A DNA stretch of 62,021 bases, counting the filler, from an uncultured Chlamydiae bacterium (GTDB lineage: Bacteria > Chlamydiota > Chlamydiia > Chlamydiales > SM23-39), in NCBI GenBank assembly GCA_937899275.1. It is 3 parts of 3 records of this genome, joined end to end, with 100 filler letters (N's around TTAATTAATTAA, not from the genome) between each part and the next. Parts side by side here need not be neighbours in the genome. Positions count along the whole stretch, not along the records: positions 1 to 28,165 come from CALBPE010000111.1; positions 28,266 to 56,607 come from CALBPE010000112.1; 1 more part is not named here. One strand, written 5' to 3'. The notes under the pieces were generated by a model that saw only the letters and a program-made list of their open reading frames with translations, searched no databases and was not told where the DNA came from. The position numbers and the translations under genes are program-made. Of the stretch, positions 24,469-33,582 are shown one piece after another; within the stretch, counting starts at the first letter, position 1; every line of letters begins with the position of its first letter.

Positions 24469-24560
24469 AAGGAAATAACAAACCGTTTACGAGCCTCGTT
24501 TAATGAAAATTTAAGTTTGCATCCCATCTGTTTAATCACAACAATCTCAGGATCAAATTT

Positions 24561-26156
24561 ATGTCTCGGCTCCTCATACAATTTTCACATCTTTTTAAAT
24601 CTTTTGGCACCCTTTCTCTTTTCGAAGATATCTCTTTTTCCATTAATGAAGACGAGGTTTTTGCTCTAATTGGAGAGAACGGAGCTGGGAAAACAACCCT
24701 ACTTCAGCTTTTAGCTGGGATAACACAGGCTGATTCCGGAGATTTTAGCACAGCCTCCAATCTTTCAATTGGATTTCTCCAGCAGGAAATCACTTTGGAT
24801 GATCCATCTGTTTCTATAAGGGAATTCATAGAAGGCAGTTCCCTTTCTGACCTTGAGAAAGAAATGGCTATCTGCCTCGAAGATCCCAGTCGTTTATTAG
24901 AATGGGCCGAATTGCATGAAAGATACGAACGCTTGGGTGGATATCATAGAACTCCCATCGAACAGGTGCTAAAAGGATTAAAGATCGAAAGCAATATGCT
25001 CGATCTAAAGATGCTCTCGTTAAGCAGCGGGCAACGAGTACGAGCGTACTTAGCAAAAGCGTTGATTGACAACCCTGATCTTCTACTTTTAGACGAACCC
25101 ACTAATCATCTTGATCAAGAGATGATAAAGTGGCTAGAAACCACATTGAAAAAGAGAAAAGGGGCATGCTTGATCGTTTCCCATGACCGGAAATTTTTGA
25201 ACACTACCTGCAACCGGCTTATCGAAATTAAAAACGGAAACCTTACCTGTTATGGAGGAAGCTATGATTTTTACCTAGAAGAAAAAAAGAGGGTTCTAGA
25301 AAGGCAAATCAAAGCATTTGAAGCTCAGGAAGAGGAAAGAACAAGCTTAAGAGAAAAAATCAAAACGATTACTTTTGCCAAAAGAAAGTCTTCTCCAGCA
25401 AAAGATCGAAATATCATGGCTTATGATAGAAGAGGAGAAAAGCACCAAAAATCGCTGCAGCATAAGCTCGATGCAATAAAAGGGCGACTTAAGGAAATCG
25501 AATCCAACCCTCTCTCGCATCCGAAACCAAAAAGTATTACGGGACTCAAATTTGCAAAGGCGCCTTTAGAATCTTCCGTTGCAATTGAAATAGAACATGC
25601 AAGCAAAGCATATGGCGATAAGATTTTATTTTCTGATTTTTGCAATAGAATTTGCAAGGGAGATAGAATTCTTGTCACCGGTCCAAACGGATGCGGCAAA
25701 ACCACGCTATTAAAAACAATTGCCGGTATCACCTCTTTGGACAAAGGCTGCATTCGTTCAGCGTCTACTGCGAAAATCGCTTTGCTAGACCAAGAAGTGG
25801 AGCTATTGCCTATGGATCAAACTCCTCTTCAATATTTTGAACGCCAATTCAATCTATCGCCGCAGGATTTAAGACGCGAGCTACATAAGGCTGCATTGGG
25901 AGAAACGGATCTTCTAAAGCGCACTTTTTCGACATTGAGTACAGGGCAGAGGAAAAGAACGCTTCTGCTTGCCATTGTTTTGGAAAAACCCAATATCCTC
26001 TTATTGGATGAGCCAACAAACCACTTAGACTTTAAGACTCTGGAAGCTTTTGAAAAAGCTCTTCTTGAATTCCAAGGAGCTATAGTAGCTGTATCGCATG
26101 ATGCAACTTTTATTGAAAAAATTGCTACGCAAGAATGGAACCTTAAAGCTGATTGA
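24561..26156 (+). CDS. ABC-F family ATPase, ribosomal-protection-like
   Basis: Two ABC cassettes (GENGAGKTT/LSSGQ/DEPTNHLD and GPNGCGKTT/LSTGQ/DEPTNHLD); no TM segments; extended interdomain linker. Confidence 0.92.
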   Translation: MSRLLIQFSHLFKSFGTLSLFEDISFSINEDEVFALIGENGAGKTTLLQLLAGITQADSGDFSTASNLSIGFLQQEITLDDPSVSIREFIEGSSLSDLEKEMAICLEDPSRLLEWAELHERYERLGGYHRTPIEQVLKGLKIESNMLDLKMLSLSSGQRVRAYLAKALIDNPDLLLLDEPTNHLDQEMIKWLETTLKKRKGACLIVSHDRKFLNTTCNRLIEIKNGNLTCYGGSYDFYLEEKKRVLERQIKAFEAQEEERTSLREKIKTITFAKRKSSPAKDRNIMAYDRRGEKHQKSLQHKLDAIKGRLKEIESNPLSHPKPKSITGLKFAKAPLESSVAIEIEHASKAYGDKILFSDFCNRICKGDRILVTGPNGCGKTTLLKTIAGITSLDKGCIRSASTAKIALLDQEVELLPMDQTPLQYFERQFNLSPQDLRRELHKAALGETDLLKRTFSTLSTGQRKRTLLLAIVLEKPNILLLDEPTNHLDFKTLEAFEKALLEFQGAIVAVSHDATFIEKIATQEWNLKAD

Positions 26157-26290
26157 ATTTGTGAAACTATCGTGAACTCTCTCTCACCGATTTCTGATGC
26201 TCTTTAGCTAGTACGATGCAAAGAGCTTCTAGTTTTACCAATTTGATGCAGTAAAAATCCGTTGTATTCATTCCAAAGATGACTTATGAC

Positions 26291-26340
26291 CAGACTCATA
26301 ATCCGTTGGTCGGGGGTTCAAGTCCCTCCTGCCCCACTTT
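26291..26340 (+). repeat. att-like direct repeat, copy 2 (tRNA 3' fragment)
   Basis: Identical to 24079-24128; the 5' half of the tRNA is missing. Confidence 0.95.
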
Positions 26341-26471
26341 CATAACCCGTTTATTCATCAACGGACGCGTAACATTAGATCTAGAAAAATAGCAACTACA
26401 GGTCTAATTTTGCAAAGTATGGTGCAAATATAGTCCAGTGAAGACAAGTCCAAACAGCGCAAGCTAAACCC

Positions 26472-27606
26472 TTAACCAAAACTTTGATGGCATCCGTTGA
26501 TCAGCCCAAACACATCCACGGCAAAACTACCAGATAGTTCCCAAAGGCGCGATATAGTATGGCGTCTGAATATCTTTATAAAATGATAGATTAGGTTACT
26601 CGTGGCGGCGCTGCTCGTGACAAGGCCTTTATCAATCAAACCTTTGAGCTCCCGTTGTAACGTTCTTCGTTTGACATCAGGACACATTTTTTCAAATCGC
26701 TGAATCGATAAATTGCCCTCGGCTGTCATACACTTAATCGCTATTTTTTGGCGCTCAGATAAATGATATTCCTTATGCTAAAAGGCTTTGTCTTATTGCT
26801 TGTTGACCCAAGGATTTTATTTCTCGCAATTGCACGGCAAGTCCTTCTGAAAAATATTCCAACCATCTCGTCATATCCATGTTATTTTCACGTACGCTTT
26901 GCATGGCTTTGTAATAATCAATGCGATTTCGGTCGTAGTATTCGCTAATTGTAAAGAGTTTTTTAAAATCATAGCCTTTTCGATAGAGGCAAAGGATTGA
27001 TAATAACCGCGCTGTACGACCATTGCCATCTAAGAAAGGGTGAATATGCACAAGATGAAATTGCGCGATACCGGATACCAACACAGGATGAATAGTTTCC
27101 TCTTTGTTAAGCCAATCAACGAGCGCCTGCATCATATGTGATATTTCATACACTGGTGGTGGCGTGTAAATCACTTCTTTTGTTTTTGAGTTTGCAACGT
27201 AATTTTGTATTTTCCGATAAAGACCTGGTGTAGCAGAGTCTCCTCGCACACCTTGGACCAACCGTTTATGGATTTCTCGGATTAACGCTTCTGTAATCGG
27301 AGCGCCATTATCCATATAGCTTGATACCAATTCAAATGCATTCCGATAATTTAGCAATTCCCTTTCATCATCGGGATTAATGCCCTCCAAATGCTGCCCT
27401 TGCCAAAGCTGTTCTGACTCTTTCAGCGTTAGCTGGGTACCTTCAATATGCGTTGTATGGTGCGCTTCTAATACAAGCGCTTTATTTTGCATTTTTTCTA
27501 GCCACTCTTCAGATAGCATGGCAGCTTCTAAAAAGCCTCGAGCTCGCTCAATAGAAGTCAATGCATTAGTCGTTTGATTGGATATATCGAATAATGGTTT
27601 AAACAT
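26472..27606 (-). pseudogene. Fic-family protein with C-terminal wHTH, split by a frameshift near 26775
   Basis: [12 protein letters not shown]ic motif and TTHIEG inhibitory motif; skipping one T gives LLA-KEYHLSERQKIAIKCMTAEG...VKRRTLQRELKGLIDKGLV. Confidence 0.8.
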
Positions 27607-27655
27607 GTCAACATCTTAAATTAGCAATAAGTATAACATAACAGCGCCGCCAAAA

Positions 27656-27677
27656 TGTCGCAAGATTGTCGCAAGAT
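27656..27677. repeat. 11-bp tandem repeat upstream of the Fic gene
   Basis: TGTCGCAAGAT occurs twice in tandem. Confidence 0.6.
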
Positions 27678-27700
27678 TGATTTTGGTTTTTTGAGCAGTT

Positions 27701-28165
27701 TTATCCACTGACAATCGTCTCCATAATAGGTTTTAAAATTTTTTCAACTCGATATATTTTGGCATATTCAAATAGTAGGGCTAAATTCGTCTTTCCTCCT
27801 CTCCAGTACATTTTTAAAGCCTCGAGAACAACGTCCATTCCGATCTTATTTCTAAATTTAACGCAGTCAATAAGGGTTTTTTCGACATTGAATATTCGGA
27901 TAGAACACCCATCGATAAGGTGTTCTTCAACCCCTGTCTTCAGAAGCTTTTCGTTGTACCAAAAAAAACGCATGGGCGGATACGCAATAGCAGGTTTGTG
28001 TGTCTGGCTTGGCAGAGCAACATAAACAAAATGAGGGATCTGTGTAGTAATTTCATGAAAAGCAAGAGCTGAAATCAGGCAAATGACCCCATTTGGGATT
28101 TTTTTGGAAACGGGAATAAAATCTGGCATTGATAGATCAGGCATATCAACCAAACGATAGAGTCC
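27701..28165 (-). CDS. AbiEi-family (type IV TA) antitoxin/transcriptional regulator, 5'-truncated by the gap
   Basis: GLYRL...GVICLISALAFHEITTQIP...EKTLIDCVKFRNKIGMDVVLEALKMY. Confidence 0.85.
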   Translation of the reverse strand, partial: GLYRLVDMPDLSMPDFIPVSKKIPNGVICLISALAFHEITTQIPHFVYVALPSQTHKPAIAYPPMRFFWYNEKLLKTGVEEHLIDGCSIRIFNVEKTLIDCVKFRNKIGMDVVLEALKMYWRGGKTNLALLFEYAKIYRVEKILKPIMETIVSG

Positions 28166-28265
28166 NNNNNNNNNNNNNNNNNNNNNNNNNNNNNNNNNNN
28201 NNNNNNNNNTTAATTAATTAANNNNNNNNNNNNNNNNNNNNNNNNNNNNNNNNNNNNNNNNNNNN
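28166..28265. other. Artificial contig-joining spacer
   Basis: 44 N + TTAATTAATTAA (stops in all six frames) + 44 N. Confidence 0.97.
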
Positions 28266-28444
28266 GCTAAAATTTCTTTCTCTGAATTAAGATCTGATCC
28301 ATGTTATTGAGAGTAAATCCTGCCGCTCGGGATACCCTAGCTGCTAGATGCCCTTCAACGATAAGCTTTGTTTAGGGGATCACAACTCTAAGACTTTCTT
28401 AGTAAGTGAACCCACTTATATAAACATGGTTGATAGTGCAAGCG

Positions 28445-29167
28445 CTAAGACCCCAGTAGCGGGATTTTTTTTGTCGCTCTTCTATGCGGCCTTTCTAAAG
28501 CCTTTGATATATATTCCAAAGAAATATTTTTTACTAAAAATTGTTTTTCCGCAGCTTGTTTGATCAAGTTAATCCAAGAATCTTTGCAAGAAAAATGGGC
28601 GCTTAACGGTTTTAAAAACTCTGCATGCGATCGGTTGTTTCTATAAGGAGGAGTTTTTTTGGGGAATAGTAGATGCTGCATTTTTTCCTCAGAAAAATCC
28701 CATAGAAAAGAGGAATGAAATAAAAACCGATCCTTACGAATATACTGCGCATTTCCCCCACATTTTTGTTCTCCTAATACAAAATCTTGTTCTCGGTACT
28801 GAAAAGAAGGGTCATCTATTGCAGAGGTATAAAATGACGCTGCCCAAGATAAGATGCTGTCAGAAGAGCCTTTGATCCCAGCTGTTTTATGATTTAAAAT
28901 AAACGTTATAAAGATCGTATCTTGATCGACAAGTACAGATCCTCCTCCTGAAAACCTCTAGATCACTGGGACGGGAGCTTTTTGTATTGCGTGGGGACAG
29001 ATCACGTCTTCTTGTTTTGCTGAAATGCCCATTACGATTGCATCTTTAGTACCTTCATTAATCCAGCAAAAAGACCTTGTATCGGTTTTGACTAAAGCCT
29101 CTTCTATCTGTAGCTGGGTGAAGATATCGATATCTTTTGTATGCAGAAAAAATAGCGGATCCATCAT
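28445..29167 (-). CDS. lplA: Lipoate-protein ligase A family protein, interrupted by an in-frame TAG at 28958-28960
   Basis: QLQIEEAL, IVMGIS, VPVI*RFSGGGSVLVD, KCGGNAQY, HSSFLWD, YRNNRSHAEFL all lie in one frame (translated by hand). Confidence 0.88.
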
Positions 29168-29201
29168 TTGTGTAAGTATACCACAGGGGAGATTTCAGTG
29201 G

Positions 29202-30095
29202 TTACGGGTCGATTTTTTTAGCCTGCACTGCTGAATGGAGTATTTTTTTGATGCGAAGATTTGGCTTTGTTTTTTTCGGTGTTTTGCTTCTGAGCGCTTC
29301 TTTTTGTAATTTTTTTGTTGTATATTTGCTGGCGTTTTTTGTAGAAGATTCTAAGGAAAACTCTCCTTTTACAAGAGAAAACACCATAGGATAGGGTATG
29401 ACGCTCATGATATGAGAAACAAATGTTTGGATTTCTTGTTCTGATGCTTTTGTAAATAAGATGCGGCATTTTCCATTTTCTAACGGGAGAAAAACCGCAT
29501 TTTTCCCCCCATGTATCTGCACCTCTTTATTGATGCGATCAATTGGATCTACTCTTTGAAAGGGCGCTTTTTTAGATCTATCGGGTTGTATCATTAGGGT
29601 AAATTGGCGCGCGCCTTCATCTTTTAAGTTGGTGATTTTGCCGAGAAAAGAGGGAGAAAGCGCTATGGTATTTTTTTGCAGCAGCTGTTTTTTTGTCTTC
29701 TCGATTTTTTTGTAGAGAAGCTGCATTTTAAATGCAGCTGCAATCTTTACATCCCACTCAATAGGATTAAATACATCGTAGATAAATTCTGCAATACCTG
29801 CTTCTATAGCGGCTTTTTTCTCCGCTTTTTTTGATGGAGGCTCAACGAGTAAGACGGGAACTGCATAGGGGCCAAGTGCGCTATGAATCCAGGCGCTTAA
29901 AGAAAGCGCTTTTTCAAAAAAAGGCGCGCTTTCCACAATAATCAAATCGATGTAGGAGTCTTTTGTTCTTTGTTTTGCTTGATCAATATCGCTTTCTTCA
30001 ACAAGAAAAAAATCCCGTTTGATTTGTTTTCGTATATGCGCTTTTGTGATCACGCTTTGGGTAATTAATAAAGCTGTGGGTACGCGGTGGTCCAT
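29202..30095 (-). CDS. Atypical receiver-domain protein with degenerate output domain and Lys-rich tail
   Basis: Receiver-like pattern IDLIIVE...VPVLLV...AIEAGIAEFI; phospho-acceptor Asp position appears to be Glu. Confidence 0.55.
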   Translation of the reverse strand: MDHRVPTALLITQSVITKAHIRKQIKRDFFLVEESDIDQAKQRTKDSYIDLIIVESAPFFEKALSLSAWIHSALGPYAVPVLLVEPPSKKAEKKAAIEAGIAEFIYDVFNPIEWDVKIAAAFKMQLLYKKIEKTKKQLLQKNTIALSPSFLGKITNLKDEGARQFTLMIQPDRSKKAPFQRVDPIDRINKEVQIHGGKNAVFLPLENGKCRILFTKASEQEIQTFVSHIMSVIPYPMVFSLVKGEFSLESSTKNASKYTTKKLQKEALRSKTPKKTKPNLRIKKILHSAVQAKKIDP

Positions 30096-30144
30096 AGATA
30101 CATGTAGAAATAACCTATTTTGAGTGTAGTCAAATAGGGATAAT

Positions 30145-31971
30145 TCACCATCTTTTTTTCTGCAAAAAGACGAGTAACACAGAAATATCGCCGTAGGTGA
30201 CGCCTGCTAGCCTTGAAGCTGTATGGAGATTTTCTGGGTTGAATGTTTCTAATGCGCTGACCGCTTCTGTGCGAAGGCCCTTAATGGATGCGAAAGAAAT
30301 ATTTTTTGGTATGGAGATTTTATGTAGATCTTGTAGTTTTTGGATTTCTTTTTTTTGTCTTTCTATGTATCCCGCGTATTTGCAGTCATATTCTAAATCT
30401 TCATAGAGCTCTTTTGATAAAGAGGGGGCTTTATCGGGATACAATTCTTGGAGTTTACTGAAGGTGTTTTCTGGTCTTTTTAAAAGCGTATCTAAAGAAA
30501 CGCTTTTGCCATCTCGAGAAACAAACCGGCTTTTTAGCTGGGTTTTTGCAGCTGCAATCTGCGCTTTTTTTTCTTGCAGCCTTTGGTATGTTTCTTCCTT
30601 GATTAAGCCTACTTTATAGCCATAGTCTCTAAGGCGAAGATCGGCGTTATCTTGGCGCAAAAGCAGCCTATATTCTGCTCGAGAAGTGAACATGCGGTAG
30701 GGCTCAAAAAGGGTTGTTGTGGTTAAATCATCGATCATCACGCCGATATATCCATCCCATCTATTTAAGATAAGAGGGGGCTTTTCTTGGACTTTAAGAG
30801 AGGCGTTGATGCCTGCAATAAGTCCTTGAGCTGCTGCTTCTTCATAACCTGTTGTCCCGTTAATTTGCCCCGCAAAATAGAGCCCTTCTACCGTTTTTGT
30901 TTCTAAAGAAGCAAAGATCTGGCCCGATAGCGCGTAGTCATATTCTACAGCATAGGCAGGGCGCATCATCGAAGCATTTTCTAGCCCTGGAATTGTTTTT
31001 AACATTTGGTACTGGATCTCTATTGGAAGCGATGTAGAGATGCCGTTGACGTAGAGTTCATTTGTCGATAAGCCTTCGGGCTCAATGAAGATTTGATGCC
31101 GTTTTTTATCTGCAAAACGGACAATTTTATCTTCAATAGAGGGACAATATCTAGGGCCTTTACTCTGGATTTTTCCAGAATACATAGGGGATAAATGCAG
31201 GTGTTTTTCGATCAGCTCTTTTGTTTTTTCGCTGGTATAGGTGATGTAACAAGAGCGTTTTTCCAAAGGAGAGATTTGTTCATCAAAGGAAAAAAAGATA
31301 TTTTCCTCACTTTTTTGCTCTTCCATACAAGAAAAGTCTACCGTTTTTGCATCTAAACGGGGAGGCGTTCCTGTTTTTAATCTTCCAAGACGAAAACCCA
31401 AGTCAGATAGCGAAGCGGAAAGGCCAAAAGAAGCTTTTTCTCCACTTCTTCCTCCAGAAGACTCTTTTTGTCCTATATGCATCAGCCCGCGCATGAAGGT
31501 GCCTGCAGAAAGGATCACTGTTTTCGCTTTATAGATGACGCCGAGATTGGTTAGAATCCCCTCTATTTTTTGGTTTTTTACGAGGAGTTTTTCTACAGAG
31601 CCTTGCTGAATACAAAGCTGAGGGGTATTTTCTAAACGCTCTTTCATTTTGAGAGGATAGAGAGCTTTATCTTGCTGGGATCGGGGAGATCTAACCGCTG
31701 GGCCTTTCGATGCGTTTAAAAGGCGCACTTGTATAGAGGTTGCATCGGCAATTTTCCCCATTAAGCCGCCTAAAGCATCAATTTCCCGGACAAGATGACC
31801 TTTTGCCGTACCTCCAATAGAGGGATTACAGCTCAGTTTGCCTATAGAATCTAAGTTGAGCGTAAAAAGGAGGGTAGAAGAGCCGGTGGAGGCTGCAGCG
31901 TATGCAGACTCGCAGCCTGCATGGCCTGCTCCTATTACAATGACATCAAAGTGTTGAGGATATTCCCACAT
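30145..31971 (-). CDS. mnmG: tRNA U34 modification enzyme MnmG (GidA)
   Basis: [55 protein letters not shown]. Confidence 0.98.
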   Translation of the reverse strand: MWEYPQHFDVIVIGAGHAGCESAYAAASTGSSTLLFTLNLDSIGKLSCNPSIGGTAKGHLVREIDALGGLMGKIADATSIQVRLLNASKGPAVRSPRSQQDKALYPLKMKERLENTPQLCIQQGSVEKLLVKNQKIEGILTNLGVIYKAKTVILSAGTFMRGLMHIGQKESSGGRSGEKASFGLSASLSDLGFRLGRLKTGTPPRLDAKTVDFSCMEEQKSEENIFFSFDEQISPLEKRSCYITYTSEKTKELIEKHLHLSPMYSGKIQSKGPRYCPSIEDKIVRFADKKRHQIFIEPEGLSTNELYVNGISTSLPIEIQYQMLKTIPGLENASMMRPAYAVEYDYALSGQIFASLETKTVEGLYFAGQINGTTGYEEAAAQGLIAGINASLKVQEKPPLILNRWDGYIGVMIDDLTTTTLFEPYRMFTSRAEYRLLLRQDNADLRLRDYGYKVGLIKEETYQRLQEKKAQIAAAKTQLKSRFVSRDGKSVSLDTLLKRPENTFSKLQELYPDKAPSLSKELYEDLEYDCKYAGYIERQKKEIQKLQDLHKISIPKNISFASIKGLRTEAVSALETFNPENLHTASRLAGVTYGDISVLLVFLQKKRW

Positions 31972-31979
31972 GAAAAAAA

Positions 31980-32069
31980 TTATTTTTTCTTATGACGATC
32001 GCGTCTGCGGCGTTTTTTGCGCTTATGCTTCGCGATTTTAGCTCTTCGTTTTTTTTTGACCGAAGACAT
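31980..32069 (-). CDS. 29-aa basic AURKAIP1/COX24-type (bS22/mS38-like) small ribosomal protein; missed by the ORF track
   Basis: [29 protein letters not shown], with TAGGAG RBS, directly upstream of mnmG. Confidence 0.88.
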   Translation of the reverse strand: MSSVKKKRRAKIAKHKRKKRRRRDRHKKK

Positions 32070-32470
32070 ATTTCTCCTAAAAATTTATAGATTATCATCT
32101 ATCTTAACAGAGGAACTAGAAAAAAGCAATTTCCTATAGTCAATAGCCTAAGAAGAAAGCAAAATAGGGATATTTTTCTAGGAGCCGGTTTCTAAAAACT
32201 TCTTTTAAGGATTAATTTCGGGCAGTCTAAGCATGTGCGTGTAAATTGAGTATAATGGGACTTTCATTTATTGAAAAAAGTTTGAGGTCGGATTTTTTTT
32301 CACTTTCAAAATCATTTAAGGAAAAATCATGGATTCAAACTAAAAAGACTCGTCAAAGACTGGATAAGCGCAGTTTAGAGTTTTTCATTTAAACTATTTT
32401 TTAACAAACGGGGTTTTGTGGAAAACAGAAACAAAAATCACCACAACTAGAGGTCTTTGATTAAAGCAAA

Positions 32471-33460
32471 TCAAAAAGACGGATTAATCACCCAAACAAA
32501 CGTATTAGGCATATTTGGGACAGTTTGCTCATCGATTACTGAGTATCCTGCATTATCAAAAATTTGCATAGTTTCTTGATAGTTTCTAGGTACTATATTC
32601 TGAAGACCATGTACGTAATCAAATCCGGGCATAATTACATTGTAATCTTTGGATATTGAAACCATGTCTATAACAAGCAGAGACTGTAATTTAGGGAAAT
32701 GTCTGCGTAGCGATTGCAAAAATTTAATGCAAGAGTGTTCAGGGTTTATATCATGCAATACCATATTTATCATTGCATTAGTCACGTCTTCCCAAACTCC
32801 ATATAGATTGGTAATGTCTCCTTTGATGATTTCAACAAAAGAGTAGCATTTAGTAAATGATTCGTTTGCTTTTATCACCGATGGATCTTTCTCGATACCT
32901 AACCCCTTTATGCCTAATTGTCCACATATTTCAATCAGTTTCTTACCTGTGCCACACCCAAGATCGCATAGTGTACCTTTAGGTTGAATTTGTTGAAAAA
33001 CGCGTAAAATAAGGGGATTTAAATCATATAATCCAAAATCAATAGAAGATGTAGCTATAGAAGAAAAATCAATCTCATATTTTTCCCAAGAAGATGGATT
33101 GTCGAGTAAGTGTTATTGTTTTGCCATATGGTTTCTGTATCCTACTAGTGGTAGAAATATATAACCAATATGCTCTCCTAAATTTTTCACCTGGGAGGTT
33201 AAATAGTATTCTACACCGTCAAACGCGACTGCCTCAACGCTGGTTAATGTCACAAGAGCAGCGCGAATTAAGTTGGGATTTTTATAAAGGTGGAGGCTTT
33301 TTTCTAAGATGGACTCTCCTTTCAGCATGCTATCTAAAATGCCTGAATACTTGAGTAGGCAAAGAGCGTGGCAAGAAAGTCCTTTAGATAAAAAGTCCAA
33401 ATGCTTTGGCATGCTTGCCATTTTCTTTTTATGTTTTTCTTCGATTTTTCGTGTTTTCAT
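32471..33460 (-). pseudogene. MppJ-like class I SAM-dependent C-methyltransferase, interrupted by an in-frame TAA at 33113-33115
   Basis: One frame runs HMAKQ*HLLDNP...LCDLGCGTGKKL...LHDINPEHSCIKFLQSLRRHFP...GFDYVHG; AAAGGA RBS. Confidence 0.75.
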
Positions 33461-33582
33461 ACATTTTTTCCTTTAGCTAATATTTTTGAAGATATTTTGA
33501 GTAAGAAAAGCATCGAAGATTCTGTCGCGAAACACAAATTAAAGAAGTTTTATTAGTTTTAGATAAAAACTCATCGTCTATT

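Larger units (their letters stand above)
24079..26340. mobile_element. tRNA-integrated islet with no integrase, carrying an ABC-F gene
   Basis: Bounded by perfect 50-bp direct repeats of the tRNA 3' portion. Confidence 0.8.

Noticed and set aside
26291..26340. Second tRNA gene
   Set aside because: It lacks the 5' acceptor strand and D-arm; it is an att duplicate.
28210..28221. TTAATTAATTAA palindrome as a biological site
   Set aside because: It is centred in identical N-runs twice, so it is a synthetic linker.
28266..28444. Gene downstream of lplA at the contig end
   Set aside because: No clean recognisable frame; probably low-quality end sequence.
32177..32467. Possible IS-end/transposase remnant (CTAG-GAGCCGGTTTCTAAAAACT and a 45-codon ORF)
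   Set aside because: No matching inverted repeat or transposase motif found by eye.
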